From assembly GCA_965207885.1 (NCBI GenBank), contig OZ242311.1, positions 1,483,456-1,547,455 of the forward strand: 64,000 bases of DNA. The letters are read 5' to 3'. Of this stretch, positions 17,803 to 27,450 are shown piece after piece; position 1 is the first letter of the stretch, and the number at the start of each line of letters is the position of its first letter. A program made the position numbers and the translations under genes. A model generated the notes under the pieces. It had not been told where the DNA came from. It saw only the letters and a list, made by a program, of their open reading frames with translations, and did no database searches. This DNA is from Candidatus Latescibacterota bacterium. Its GTDB lineage: Bacteria > Latescibacterota > UBA2968.

Positions 17803-19671
17803 TTATAAAAAATACCGTTCCTTCTTCACCATCACCTCAAACTCCTCTCTCGCCTTCTGCACCTCTTCCACTGTTGAAACCTCGGCAACCGGCACATCCC
17901 ACCAGCTCTCGTAGCCCGGCACGCGCACCTCGCGATCGACCTCCACCGCAATCACCGTCGTGCGATCTATAGTTCGCGCCTCTTCAATCGCCCTCATCAA
18001 CCCTTCTCTACCTTCGGGCCGCAACACATAAGCTCCCAAACTCTCGGCATTTGTCGCCAAATCGGTCGGCACATTCTCACCATCCAATTGCCCGGTCCGC
18101 CCATCGCGCATCTTATACCTTGTCCCAAACTCATCCGCCCCCACAGCATCCGACAACCCCCCAATACTCGCAAAACCGTGATTGTCCAGCAGCACAATAT
18201 TCAGCTTAATCCCTTCCTGCACCGCCGTCGCAATCTCCTGCGCCATCATCAAATACGACCCATCTCCAACCATCACATACACCTCCCGAAAGGGATCGGC
18301 CATCTTAATACCCAACCCCCCGGCAATCTCGTATCCCATGCACGAATATCCATACTCGAGGTGGTATCCCTTGGGATTGCGCGTTCGCCACAACTTGTGG
18401 AGATCGCCCGGCATACTGCCCGCCGCACAAATCATGACATCCTCAGGCGCCGAACCTTCATTCACTGCGCCAATCACTTCCCCCTGACTCAAAACGGGTC
18501 GATGACCCAAATTGTAAATGCGATCCACCTCAGCCTCCCACGCCTCCCGAAATGCGACAACCCGCTGTGCCAAATCCCCCGACACGCGATACCCCTGCAC
18601 CGCTTCTGTCAATTCTTCCAACACCACCCGCGCATCGCCCACCAGCGGCAATGCCCCGTGTTTGGCCGCATCAAATTCCGCCACATTAATCGCGATAAAT
18701 TTCACATTTGGATTTTGAAACGCCGTCTTTGAAGCCGTCGTAAAATCGCTCAACCGCGTACCAATAGCGATCACCAGATCCGCTTCCCGCGCGACAATAT
18801 TCGCCCCCGGTGTACCCGTCACACCCACCGCACCCAAATTATTGCCGTGGTCGTAATTAAGCGCCCCCTTGCCCGCCTGTGTCTCACCCACCGGAATACC
18901 CGTCTGCTCGACAAATTCCGCCAGCGCATCTGTCGCCTCGCTGTACAACACTCCCCCGCCCGCAATCACCACAGGTTGCACACTCTCCCTGATCCACGCC
19001 GCGGCTTTTGACACCAGATCGCGATCTGGCCGGTTGCGCGGCACCACCCACACCCGTCTTTCAAACAACGCTTCGGGATAATCAAACGCCTCTGTCTGCG
19101 TATCCTGCGGACAACACAGCGTCACAGCACCCGTCTCAACAGGCGACGTCAGAACCCGCATCGCCTCGGGCAATGCCAAAACCGCTTGATCTGCCCGATT
19201 CAACCGATCCCAGTACCGCGACACCGGCTTAAAGCAATCATTCACAGAAATATCCTGCGACGCATTGGACTCCAACTGCTGCAACACAGGTGCCACATTT
19301 CGCCGCGCAAAAATATCACCCGGCAGCAACAACACCGGCAAACGATTAATCGTCGCCGTTGCCGCGCCCGTCACCATATTCGTCGCCCCCGGTCCAATTG
19401 ACGTCGTACACGCCAGCGTACCCAACCGATTCTTCATCTTGGCATAAGCCGCAGCCGTATGCACCATCGCCTGTTCATTGCGCGTCTGGTAATACCGAAA
19501 CTCATCGCGATACTCATGCAGTGCCTGACCAATCCCCGCCACATTCCCATGCCCAAAAATACCCGACATCCCCGCAAAAAAGGGCTGTTCAACCCCATCG
19601 CGCGAAACGTACTGCGCCTTCAAAAACTGAACAATCGCCTGTGCCATTGTCAATCGTCGCGTCTTTCCCAT
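17803..19671 (-). CDS. iolD: 3D-(3,5/4)-trihydroxycyclohexane-1,2-dione acylhydrolase (IolD), ThDP-dependent
   Basis: MGKTRRLTMAQAIVQFLKAQYV..DG...PFF.G...IFGHGNV.GIGQAL and LEYGYSCMGYE closely track B. subtilis IolD as I recall it. Confidence 0.8.
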   Translation of the reverse strand: MGKTRRLTMAQAIVQFLKAQYVSRDGVEQPFFAGMSGIFGHGNVAGIGQALHEYRDEFRYYQTRNEQAMVHTAAAYAKMKNRLGTLACTTSIGPGATNMVTGAATATINRLPVLLLPGDIFARRNVAPVLQQLESNASQDISVNDCFKPVSRYWDRLNRADQAVLALPEAMRVLTSPVETGAVTLCCPQDTQTEAFDYPEALFERRVWVVPRNRPDRDLVSKAAAWIRESVQPVVIAGGGVLYSEATDALAEFVEQTGIPVGETQAGKGALNYDHGNNLGAVGVTGTPGANIVAREADLVIAIGTRLSDFTTASKTAFQNPNVKFIAINVAEFDAAKHGALPLVGDARVVLEELTEAVQGYRVSGDLAQRVVAFREAWEAEVDRIYNLGHRPVLSQGEVIGAVNEGSAPEDVMICAAGSMPGDLHKLWRTRNPKGYHLEYGYSCMGYEIAGGLGIKMADPFREVYVMVGDGSYLMMAQEIATAVQEGIKLNIVLLDNHGFASIGGLSDAVGADEFGTRYKMRDGRTGQLDGENVPTDLATNAESLGAYVLRPEGREGLMRAIEEARTIDRTTVIAVEVDREVRVPGYESWWDVPVAEVSTVEEVQKAREEFEVMVKKERYFL

Positions 19672-19693
19672 GTTATCCCTCGTATTGAGATAT

Positions 19694-20464
19694 TCACACC
19701 AACACATCCGGCCGGTCGTGTACGCCGGGAGACGCCAAAATCCGCTTCTGTTGCTCGGTCAACCCCTCATAAACCGAACCATCGTACCCCTTTGGCGCAG
19801 AAATCAAATGCCCTGGACCGTATTTGTAAAGCAACACCCTGCGCTCGTGATCTGCCCGCCACGGCAATGTGCCGTGCACCAGAGCCTCAGTAAAAAAAAT
19901 CGCATCCCCCGCCTTTGCCTCTGGCTGAACAACATAGTGCGGAACCCGCTCAAACCGCTGCACATCTCGCGGCAAATCTATCCGAAAATTGCTCTTGTGG
20001 CTACCCCGCACACAGGCAAATCCCCCATCTCCCGCATTGGCGTCCGACAACACATACGTCAACACCGACAAACCACACTGCATCACGCCATCTCGATATC
20101 TGTAATAATGGTGAAACAAATTCGGCTGCCCGCCGTGCAAACTACCTCGCTTCCCATTCTTCATCATAAAAATGGCATAATCGTGATCCAGGCGGAACTT
20201 CGGTCCCAACAACGCAACGAGATAAGGCAACACTTTGGGATGATCGATTAAATCCCGACACGCCACATCCCAATCCACAATACTCGGCGCGCGGCGCACA
20301 CCTTTAGCATTGCCAAATTCATCATCTGCCTCCACATCCCCGTAATCCCTGGGAAACGCTCTATCTGCCACCGCATTGAGCACATCCAATTCCTCGCGGC
20401 TCAACACATCTTTAATCACCAGATACCCGTCGAGATCAAACATAAACTTTTCTTCTGGGGTCAT
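19694..20464 (-). CDS. Phytanoyl-CoA dioxygenase (PhyH) family Fe(II)/2-OG oxygenase
   Basis: MTPEEKFMFDLDGYLVIKDVLSREELDVLN is a typical PhyH N-terminus, and HGG...H-type metal ligands appear later. Confidence 0.65.
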   Translation of the reverse strand: MTPEEKFMFDLDGYLVIKDVLSREELDVLNAVADRAFPRDYGDVEADDEFGNAKGVRRAPSIVDWDVACRDLIDHPKVLPYLVALLGPKFRLDHDYAIFMMKNGKRGSLHGGQPNLFHHYYRYRDGVMQCGLSVLTYVLSDANAGDGGFACVRGSHKSNFRIDLPRDVQRFERVPHYVVQPEAKAGDAIFFTEALVHGTLPWRADHERRVLLYKYGPGHLISAPKGYDGSVYEGLTEQQKRILASPGVHDRPDVLV

Positions 20465-20475
20465 ATCGCATACTC

Positions 20476-21612
20476 CTATCGATAGGGCAATGGCCTGGGA
20501 TCGAGCCATTCAACAACTCGATCTTTAATCGCCCATGCAAAAAAGAAATTTCCGCGCGGCGTGTGATGCCCGATATAATACGGTTCCAAAAACGCCTGCA
20601 CATCCCCCCGATATGTCGCGTACTCCTCCCGAAAAGCATCGCGCAAATCGATCACCGGCACATCCTTTGTCGCCAACCAATCCAAAAACGTCTGGTCAAA
20701 AAGCGGCTCACCTTCTAATGCCCGAGCTATATTACTCGAACCAAATGACAAAACAACCAGCAACTTTTTCCCATTGGCCTTCGTAAATGCCTCTGCCCTT
20801 TCAATCACAAACCGCGTCGCAAACAAAGCCGCCTCGGTATGCAAGCTATAAACCTCGGCATCCGATCCCGCATTCTCGAGTTCTCCCCCCATACTTTGCG
20901 CCATAGCCGACGCATCTTCCGCACTGCCTCTACGCGCCATAACCGCATGCAAAATCGGATCATCGCCAAAAGTCTCCCACACCCAATCCGCATCGCACAG
21001 CCGATAGAGTTCCTCGGGCGTCTTGCACAAATTCTCGCGCTCTTCCACAGTACCACTTTCCAGATCCACGCGCAAATGCGGCAGCGTAAACCGCCCCTGT
21101 CGTCCCATGCGAATGGACCGCCAGGCGTCCAAATTTCGAAAGTGATCGTCGTCCCACACATTCAAAATCACGTACTCGGCGGGATACTCCCTCTCCACAA
21201 TCAACATTCGCCGATACGCCTGATACACACTGTGCCCGCCAATGCCGTAATTGCGAACAGGTTCCAGCAAATGCGCGGCCAAATACTCCTGCCACGTCTC
21301 CCCATTGCTCACCTGATCGCAATGCGTAAAACTATTCCCATACGTATGAATACGACACGGGCGATCCGCATAATTGACCACCTGCCGCGCACCGTCTTTC
21401 TCATAAGCGTAAAACCCGCGCGAATCATCCACCCCACCACCGCGAAACCCATCGCAAACCACCCATCCGATCTCCGGATCAAACGCCGACTGCGCATTAT
21501 TACACATAATCCTCGCCAACTCCGCTGGCACATCTGCCTTCGCAGGCGTCACAAAATGATCCACCATCTCGCGCGTTGGCATAATCGACTCTAAATATTC
21601 GCGCCCTGTCAT
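20476..21612 (-). CDS. SGNH/GDSL-like hydrolase (putative esterase)
   Basis: HTYGNSFT (block I Ser), GIGGHS (block II) and IGHHTPRGNFFFAWAI (block V-like D/H-x-x-H). ATGA overlap with the upstream acetyltransferase. Confidence 0.45.
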   Translation of the reverse strand: MTGREYLESIMPTREMVDHFVTPAKADVPAELARIMCNNAQSAFDPEIGWVVCDGFRGGGVDDSRGFYAYEKDGARQVVNYADRPCRIHTYGNSFTHCDQVSNGETWQEYLAAHLLEPVRNYGIGGHSVYQAYRRMLIVEREYPAEYVILNVWDDDHFRNLDAWRSIRMGRQGRFTLPHLRVDLESGTVEERENLCKTPEELYRLCDADWVWETFGDDPILHAVMARRGSAEDASAMAQSMGGELENAGSDAEVYSLHTEAALFATRFVIERAEAFTKANGKKLLVVLSFGSSNIARALEGEPLFDQTFLDWLATKDVPVIDLRDAFREEYATYRGDVQAFLEPYYIGHHTPRGNFFFAWAIKDRVVEWLDPRPLPYR

Positions 21613-22118
21613 TGCGGGATCCTTTCCTCTCTCTCGTCTCGCTTCCTGATCAACCGCGCCGGTGTGCCTCCAACCACCGAATACGGTTCCACATCGCGCG
21701 TCACAACCGCGCCCGCGCCCACAATACTGTGCGCGCCAATGCGCACTCCGCCAATAACCACGGCATTGGCACCAAACCACACATCATCCTCCACGACAAT
21801 CTCCCGCTTTTGCACCCTTTGTTGCACCATCGGAATATCGATTCGATCGTACCCATGTCCCACACTCGCAAAAACCACATGTGCCGCCACCGCCACATAA
21901 TTGCCAATGGTCAAAGGCCCGTACAACACGCTATACGGCGCAAAATGCGTATGGCTACCAATATCGATCCACGCGCCACAGGGATTCACAAAAACCCCAT
22001 TGTGAAACGCCACATCATCGCCAACACGCACCAATTCTGGATGCCGGATATCGACCAGCGGATCAAAGTAAACCGACTCGCCAATCGCCTTAAACGCCGA
22101 TCTGTCTATCTCAAACAT
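21609..22118 (-). CDS. Left-handed beta-helix (hexapeptide) acyl/acetyltransferase
   Basis: Hexapeptide repeats VEDDVWFGANAVVIGGVRIGAHSIVGAGAVVTRDV. Size and layout match sugar O-acetyltransferases. Confidence 0.75.
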   Translation of the reverse strand: MFEIDRSAFKAIGESVYFDPLVDIRHPELVRVGDDVAFHNGVFVNPCGAWIDIGSHTHFAPYSVLYGPLTIGNYVAVAAHVVFASVGHGYDRIDIPMVQQRVQKREIVVEDDVWFGANAVVIGGVRIGAHSIVGAGAVVTRDVEPYSVVGGTPARLIRKRDEREERIPQ

Positions 22119-22333
22119 AAGTGTTCCCCTCCACACACAGATTAATCAATTACAGGACGTGATGCAATGGTATTTGCCTCTGCATAAAGCCCGAGTGAAA
22201 TTCACCACTACCTTCTTTTAAAGTTCTTCATACCACGCGCTATTGCCGGATAATCTCTATTGTCTGAGGAAGATTGCCTACCTATATTTCGGCATTGCCG
22301 CGCCTCATATCACAGTAATTACACGAGGTTTTT

Positions 22334-24991
22334 ATGAAGTTCCTGATATTTTTGTTTTTAGCGCCTGCAACCCTGTCTGCCGCCGTGCTCAGCGGCCAGG
22401 TGCGCGATGAGAAAACCGGGGAATCGCTGTTCGGCGCAAATGTTTATTTGGAAACGCACGCGGGGGGAACAGCCACAGACCTCGATGGAAATTTTGCGAT
22501 ACCCAATGTCAGCGAGGGTAGCCACACGCTCGTCATCAGCTTTGTGGGCTATAAGGAATATCGCGATACCATCACCGTAAAAGAGGGGATGGGTGCGTTG
22601 GTTGTGGCGCTAATGCCCGAAGCCGTGCAGTTTGAAGAGGTCGTTGTGAGCGCGCCGCGTGCCAAATTGCGCGAAACGCCCATTGCGTTCTCCGATGTGC
22701 CAAAATCCGATATAGATCGCAAACTCGGCTCTCGCAGTCTGCCGATGCTTTTGAACGATACGCCGGGCGTTTATGCGACCGAGCAAGGCGGTGGCGATGG
22801 CGATTCGCGCATCAATGTGCGGGGATTTGACCAGCGCAACATCGCCGTCATGGTCAATGGCGTGCCAGTCAACAATATGGAAACCGGGTGGGTCTATTGG
22901 GTTGACTGGGATGTTCTCAGCGATGTGACGTCGTCCATACAGGTGCAGCGCGGATTGGGTGCCTCAAATTTGGCGATAGCCTCGGTGGGGGGCACGCTGA
23001 ATATTGTTACCGATGCCGCCCGTCAACAGCGCGGTTTTAAGATCAAACAGGAAGCCGCGACCAGTGCCTATTACAAAACCACGGTCAATTTTTCATCGGG
23101 CTTACTCAATAAAAAAACCGCGATGAGCATGGGCATTTCACGCAAAGTTGGCAATGGCATACCCGATCAAACGTGGACAGAAGGGTGGGCGTATTTCGGA
23201 GCGTTGAGCTTTTTGGCCTCTGAAACACACAAATTCGAGTTGTTTGTCGTGGGTACGCCGCAACGCCACGGGCACCGCCTGTTCAAGCAACCCATTGGCA
23301 CTTTTGATGCCGATTACGCGCGGTCTTTGGGCACTGGCGCAACAGAAGCGAAAAATTACGGGGTCAATTACAATCCCAACTGGGGATATTCGCCGTTTTC
23401 ATCTTATCGGGAATTTTTTAACGGCAAGGTGCGCGACGCGCGCGACAATGCGACCATTATGGAACGCGAGAACTACTATCACAAAACACAAGCCAATTTG
23501 AACTGGTATTGGATACCCAACGATCGGTTTGTTTTGTCCAATGTCTTTTATTGGGCGCGCGGCAAGGGCGGAGGTCTGGGGCGCCTGGGCGTCAATCCGG
23601 GAACCCGGGCAGACGGCAGCATCGACTGGCAGCACGCAGTAGATGAGTTGAACACGGAACCCGCATCGCGAGCCAATCCCAACCTGGTGCTTGCAGGCGA
23701 GGTCGGAGCCTTTGAGGTTGCGGCAAAGACCATTATGCGAAACACGGGCAGCCTGCAATACTATTACGGATATTTGGGCACGGGCGAATACGCGCTAACG
23801 CCTGCCTATAAGCTCGCCTTTGGCATTGACTTGCGCGGCTATGAGGGGCAGCACTGGCGCGAAGTGCGAAATTTGATCGGGGCAGATTATTACGTTTTTA
23901 CAGGAGACAGCAATGCCGCGACTTCTGTGAAACGCCTTGGAGACAGGATCGCATATCACACCGATGGTCTGACGCGCTGGGGGGGCGGGTTTGTTCAAAT
24001 CGAAAGGCAGGTAAACGACTTTACGGCATTTTTGAGCACATCGGCATCCATAACAGCTTATAAGCGCATCGACTATTTTCGCGCCAGGATCAATGGAGAA
24101 TGGGATCAGACAGATTGGAAAAGCTTTGGAGGCTATACGCTCAAGGCGGGAGGCAATTACAATATGACCCCTACGGTCAATGTGTATGCCAATATAGGCT
24201 GGCTTTCAACAGCCCCCAAATTTGGATCGGTTTATCACTACGACAACAGCCTCTACGACCCCACATTCAATGAAAAAGTGGCGTCTTTTGAGTTGGGCGC
24301 AGGCTATCTCAAACGCGGGGTAATAACCGGAAACGTAAACTTCTATTACACCAAATGGATCGACCGCTCGTGGCCCAAGAGCATTTACAGCGCAAAGCTC
24401 GACCAGAACTTTCGGTTTTTGCTCAGCGGCATTGACGCGCGGCACACAGGCATAGAGTTCGACTTCAAGGCGCGCCCCCATCCCAAGTTGGAGGTGCGCA
24501 GCATGGTCTCACTCGGCAACTGGGAATGGCTCAACGATGCGCGCGCCACATTTTTTCCCGAAGAAGACCCATTGGTTGCAGACACGTTTCAAGTCTATGC
24601 CAATGGATTGAAGGTAGGCGACTCGGCGCAAAAAACCCTTGCGCTGAGCAGTACGGTATTTCCCATGCGCGGGCTTTACACCACGCTGAGCTTGAGGCGA
24701 TTTATGGATCACTACGCCAAATTCGATCCCGCCAACCGAACAGATCCCGATGACCGCCAGCAATCGTGGAAAGTGCCAAATTATAATTTGGCTGATCTCC
24801 ACGGGGGTTATATCCTGCCCGGCAGTACATTTGGCAATGGCAAAGTAAAACTGCAATTGCACATCTTCAATTTGTTCGACGCGCGCTATATTTCCGATGC
24901 AGACGATGGCGACAACCACGACGCCTCAACCGCGCTCGTCTTCCTCGGTCTGTCCCGCCGCTGGAATATTTCGTTATCCTACGATTATTAA
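22334..24991 (+). CDS. TonB-dependent receptor with CarboxypepD_reg-like N-domain
   Basis: Signal peptide, VLSGQVRDEKTGESLFGANVYL, a plug region (DTPGVYATEQGGGDGDSRINVRGF) and an aromatic C-terminus ...SLSYDY. Confidence 0.85.
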   Translation: MKFLIFLFLAPATLSAAVLSGQVRDEKTGESLFGANVYLETHAGGTATDLDGNFAIPNVSEGSHTLVISFVGYKEYRDTITVKEGMGALVVALMPEAVQFEEVVVSAPRAKLRETPIAFSDVPKSDIDRKLGSRSLPMLLNDTPGVYATEQGGGDGDSRINVRGFDQRNIAVMVNGVPVNNMETGWVYWVDWDVLSDVTSSIQVQRGLGASNLAIASVGGTLNIVTDAARQQRGFKIKQEAATSAYYKTTVNFSSGLLNKKTAMSMGISRKVGNGIPDQTWTEGWAYFGALSFLASETHKFELFVVGTPQRHGHRLFKQPIGTFDADYARSLGTGATEAKNYGVNYNPNWGYSPFSSYREFFNGKVRDARDNATIMERENYYHKTQANLNWYWIPNDRFVLSNVFYWARGKGGGLGRLGVNPGTRADGSIDWQHAVDELNTEPASRANPNLVLAGEVGAFEVAAKTIMRNTGSLQYYYGYLGTGEYALTPAYKLAFGIDLRGYEGQHWREVRNLIGADYYVFTGDSNAATSVKRLGDRIAYHTDGLTRWGGGFVQIERQVNDFTAFLSTSASITAYKRIDYFRARINGEWDQTDWKSFGGYTLKAGGNYNMTPTVNVYANIGWLSTAPKFGSVYHYDNSLYDPTFNEKVASFELGAGYLKRGVITGNVNFYYTKWIDRSWPKSIYSAKLDQNFRFLLSGIDARHTGIEFDFKARPHPKLEVRSMVSLGNWEWLNDARATFFPEEDPLVADTFQVYANGLKVGDSAQKTLALSSTVFPMRGLYTTLSLRRFMDHYAKFDPANRTDPDDRQQSWKVPNYNLADLHGGYILPGSTFGNGKVKLQLHIFNLFDARYISDADDGDNHDASTALVFLGLSRRWNISLSYDY

Positions 24992-26411
24992 TGAGCCAGA
25001 TGCTCATCAAGGGCGGAGCTCAGTCGCCGAAAGACCTGGGGAAATTCAGCGGCGACATCGTCCCTTTCATTGCGCTGTAGATCGAACAGCAACTGGGGAC
25101 GCTCGCGCTGAAGGCGCTCCGTCTCGTCGGACGGCACATGCATCGGTTCGAAAACATCACCCCCAATGCGCTTTGCCGGATCATAGCCGCGAACCAGCTT
25201 GAAACGCCCATCGAAAACCATGCGCCAGGCACTCAGACCGGAAAATACCAGGTCTCGATGCCTGCGCGCGCGGGCATCGAGATAATTGACAAGAGAACGG
25301 CTATCGAGATCATCACCGGGATCCAAACCGCCCCACTCGATGAAACTGGCAGTCAGATCCAGCGTCGTCATCGGCGCGTCGGCGCGTCCGGAAGCCTCCA
25401 CGCCCGGCCCAGCGATCACCAGCGGAACCCCCACCGACGCCTGCAGAGGCGACAACTTCTGCCACTGGTCGTAATCGCCGAGCATCTCGCCATGGTCGCT
25501 GGTAAACACAATGATCGTGTTGTCGAGATCACCCCTCGCATGCACCCGCGCGACGAGACGCCCGAGGCAAGAATCGAGATGTTCGACAGTGGCCGCCCAG
25601 TTGCGACGTACCTCCTGGTGCGTCTCGGGCGCGATATCCTCGGTATTAAACACGGGAAGAGGAAACTCGACAGGCGGCTCTCGGTACCACCGATGCATTG
25701 ACTCGGTGATATCCCACGGATGATGGGGATTCTGCAGATTCACCTCCAAATACCACGGCCTATCGTCGGGCGCCCGATCCAGAAGGGTGAGCGCATTATT
25801 GGTAATCCAGGTATCGAATACGCATCGTCGGGAAGTGTCGTCGGGAAAGTAGCCGTCCACACACCCTCCCGGCTTCGGCGCATGTAATCTGCAATGTGCT
25901 CCTCTGCCAGGCCGCGCGCGTGCAAAAACGCCATGTACGCATCCTGAGGCACCATCTCGTTGTTGCGCATCAAAATGGCCGACTGGTTCAGCCCAGCATT
26001 GAAAATGGCATCGGAAAATCCCCATGCCTCCACGCCCTGGCACCCATCGACACCACAGTGAAATCTGGCCGGATTCCCCGATTGGTTATTGCCCACATGG
26101 TGTTTCCCTGCGCCCATAACATAGTATCCGGCCTCGTCGCGCAGGCGCAGGTGGTACTTGAACATATTATCGGGGGCATAAGTGCTATTGCCCCAAACGC
26201 GCGTGCGATCGTATTCCTGCCCGGCCACCAGGCAAGCCCGCGACGGGGCGCAAACAGGCGACGGACAGATAGCGTTGGCAAGCCAGACACCGCGCTCGGC
26301 GAGTTGCCTCAAATGCGGCGTGCGCACCGGAATATCGGGGTTCATCTCGACCCACTCAGGCCGCTGTTGATCCGTTTGGACAAAAAGTATGTTGGGACGT
26401 TTGTCCAGCAT
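24988..26411 (-). pseudogene. Sulfatase interrupted by a single frameshift (or assembly error)
   Basis: ORF 25740..26411 carries the N-terminal half (NILFVQTDQQR, CAPSRACLVAG). ORF 24988..26043 carries the C-terminal half (FTSDHGEMLGD...). The frames rejoin sensibly as ...LPDDAYS/DTWITNNAL... near 25813-25823, implying one missing nucleotide. Confidence 0.75.
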
Positions 26412-26430
26412 GCGCGTTCACCTTTTCTTT

Positions 26431-26607
26431 TTACAATAACGCTTCTCTACCAAACGTCTCAATATGGAACTGAATGGCAGATTTTACATCCGCCAAAGCC
26501 TCTTCATAAGTATCTCCCTGCCCAACAACAATCCCCTTCAAACCGAGCGGATACCCCACATAACCATCGGAATATCTTTCAACGATAATTCTAAAATTTC
26601 TCACCAT
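26431..26607 (-). CDS. HicB-like / UPF0150-family small protein (58 aa)
   Basis: Below the ORF-track cutoff, translated by hand: MVRNFRIIVERYSDGYVGYPLGLKGIVVGQGDTYEEALADVKSAIQFHIETFGREALL. AGGAAG lies before the ATG. Typical HicB N-domain pattern. Confidence 0.6.
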   Translation of the reverse strand: MVRNFRIIVERYSDGYVGYPLGLKGIVVGQGDTYEEALADVKSAIQFHIETFGREALL

Positions 26608-26615
26608 ATCTTCCT

Positions 26616-26783
26616 CTATATTCCCAATTCAGCACGCACCTCTAAGCACTCTTTGATCGCTTCCAACACATTCTTCTCGGCTTCTTCCTCAGTCTTACCC
26701 TGGCTCACACACCCCGGAATTGACGGACATTCCGCGATATATACACCATCCTCATCTGTATAAATCGCAATCGTGAATTTCAT
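26616..26783 (-). CDS. HicB-like / UPF0150-family small protein (55 aa)
   Basis: Hand translation: MKFTIAIYTDEDGVYIAECPSIPGCVSQGKTEEEAEKNVLEAIKECLEVRAELGI. This fits the classic UPF0150/HicB N-domain consensus (..PGC.sQG.T.EEA..N..EAI). Confidence 0.65.
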   Translation of the reverse strand: MKFTIAIYTDEDGVYIAECPSIPGCVSQGKTEEEAEKNVLEAIKECLEVRAELGI

Positions 26784-26792
26784 CTGAGTCTC

Positions 26793-26987
26793 CTATCTCT
26801 GTACCGTTGCAGCGTATTCCAAAACACCATTCACGTCTTCAACCGTTAGTATCGGATACGCCTCCGCGATTTCCTGGGGTGACATATTACGCACGAGCAA
26901 GCCTAAAATATGTTCAACACTCAATCGCGTACCATCAACAACTGGTTTACCACCCAAAATACCTGGATCTGAAATAATTTCCCTCAT
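26793..26987 (-). CDS. DUF433 domain protein
   Basis: DPGILGGKPVVDGTRLSVEHILGLL...SPQEIAEAYPILTVEDVNGVLEYA matches the DUF433 pattern as I recall it. Confidence 0.7.
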   Translation of the reverse strand: MREIISDPGILGGKPVVDGTRLSVEHILGLLVRNMSPQEIAEAYPILTVEDVNGVLEYAATVQR

Positions 26988-27066
26988 GTTTTATCCCGGA
27001 TTCAATCTTTTTTAACACCTTAAAGCGATGCTTTTGCCACAAAGAAAAGCTCATTGGTAGAATCAA

Positions 27067-27393
27067 TCATCGTTTGCTTCGCTCAAGTTTTGCTATATTT
27101 ATATCCTCAGCAAATGAGGGTAAAAGTGAGCAGCCCGGATGGTCAGGATAACCCGGATAGCCCGGATAATCTGGAGAATCCGAATGGCCAGGATACCCTC
27201 GATACGGTCTATTTTTGAATCTGTAAAGCCGATCACTTTCGATAGTCCCAAGGTACTCTCCACTGACGTCAACAATCTCCAGGTCTCCCCAGGGCAACCA
27301 GCCGAGCCAATTGCCGTCTGTATCAAACACAAATTCGCCCTTGCGAAAGGCAATCCAATCACCGTAAGAGTTAAACAGATATTGTACAGACAT
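27067..27393 (-). CDS. Small protein resembling 4-fold beta-flower family, with YPG-repeat tail
   Basis: Repeated hairpin units G-DWIAF, G-NWLGW and G-EYLGTI, then a Pro/Tyr-rich tail PYRGYPGHSDSPDYPGYPGYPDHPG. Family assignment from memory only. Confidence 0.5.
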   Translation of the reverse strand: MSVQYLFNSYGDWIAFRKGEFVFDTDGNWLGWLPWGDLEIVDVSGEYLGTIESDRLYRFKNRPYRGYPGHSDSPDYPGYPGYPDHPGCSLLPSFAEDINIAKLERSKR

Positions 27394-27450
27394 AGCGAAT
27401 CTCCCCAATTCCTACCTTATGGACGTTTATGGTCACACAACCTGTAACTT

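Noticed and set aside
15796-17808. 670-aa plus-strand ORF.
   Set aside because: It is entirely antisense to the 848-aa hydrolase-like gene, its composition is biased (R/H/P/I/Q), and it has no recognisable domain. The same applies to other long mirror-strand ORFs, for example 20839..21594, 39547..40863, 51080..52003 and 54962..55633.
26464-26763. 99-aa plus-strand ORF in the islet.
   Set aside because: It is antisense to the two hand-translated HicB-like genes, which have clear family patterns and SD sequences.
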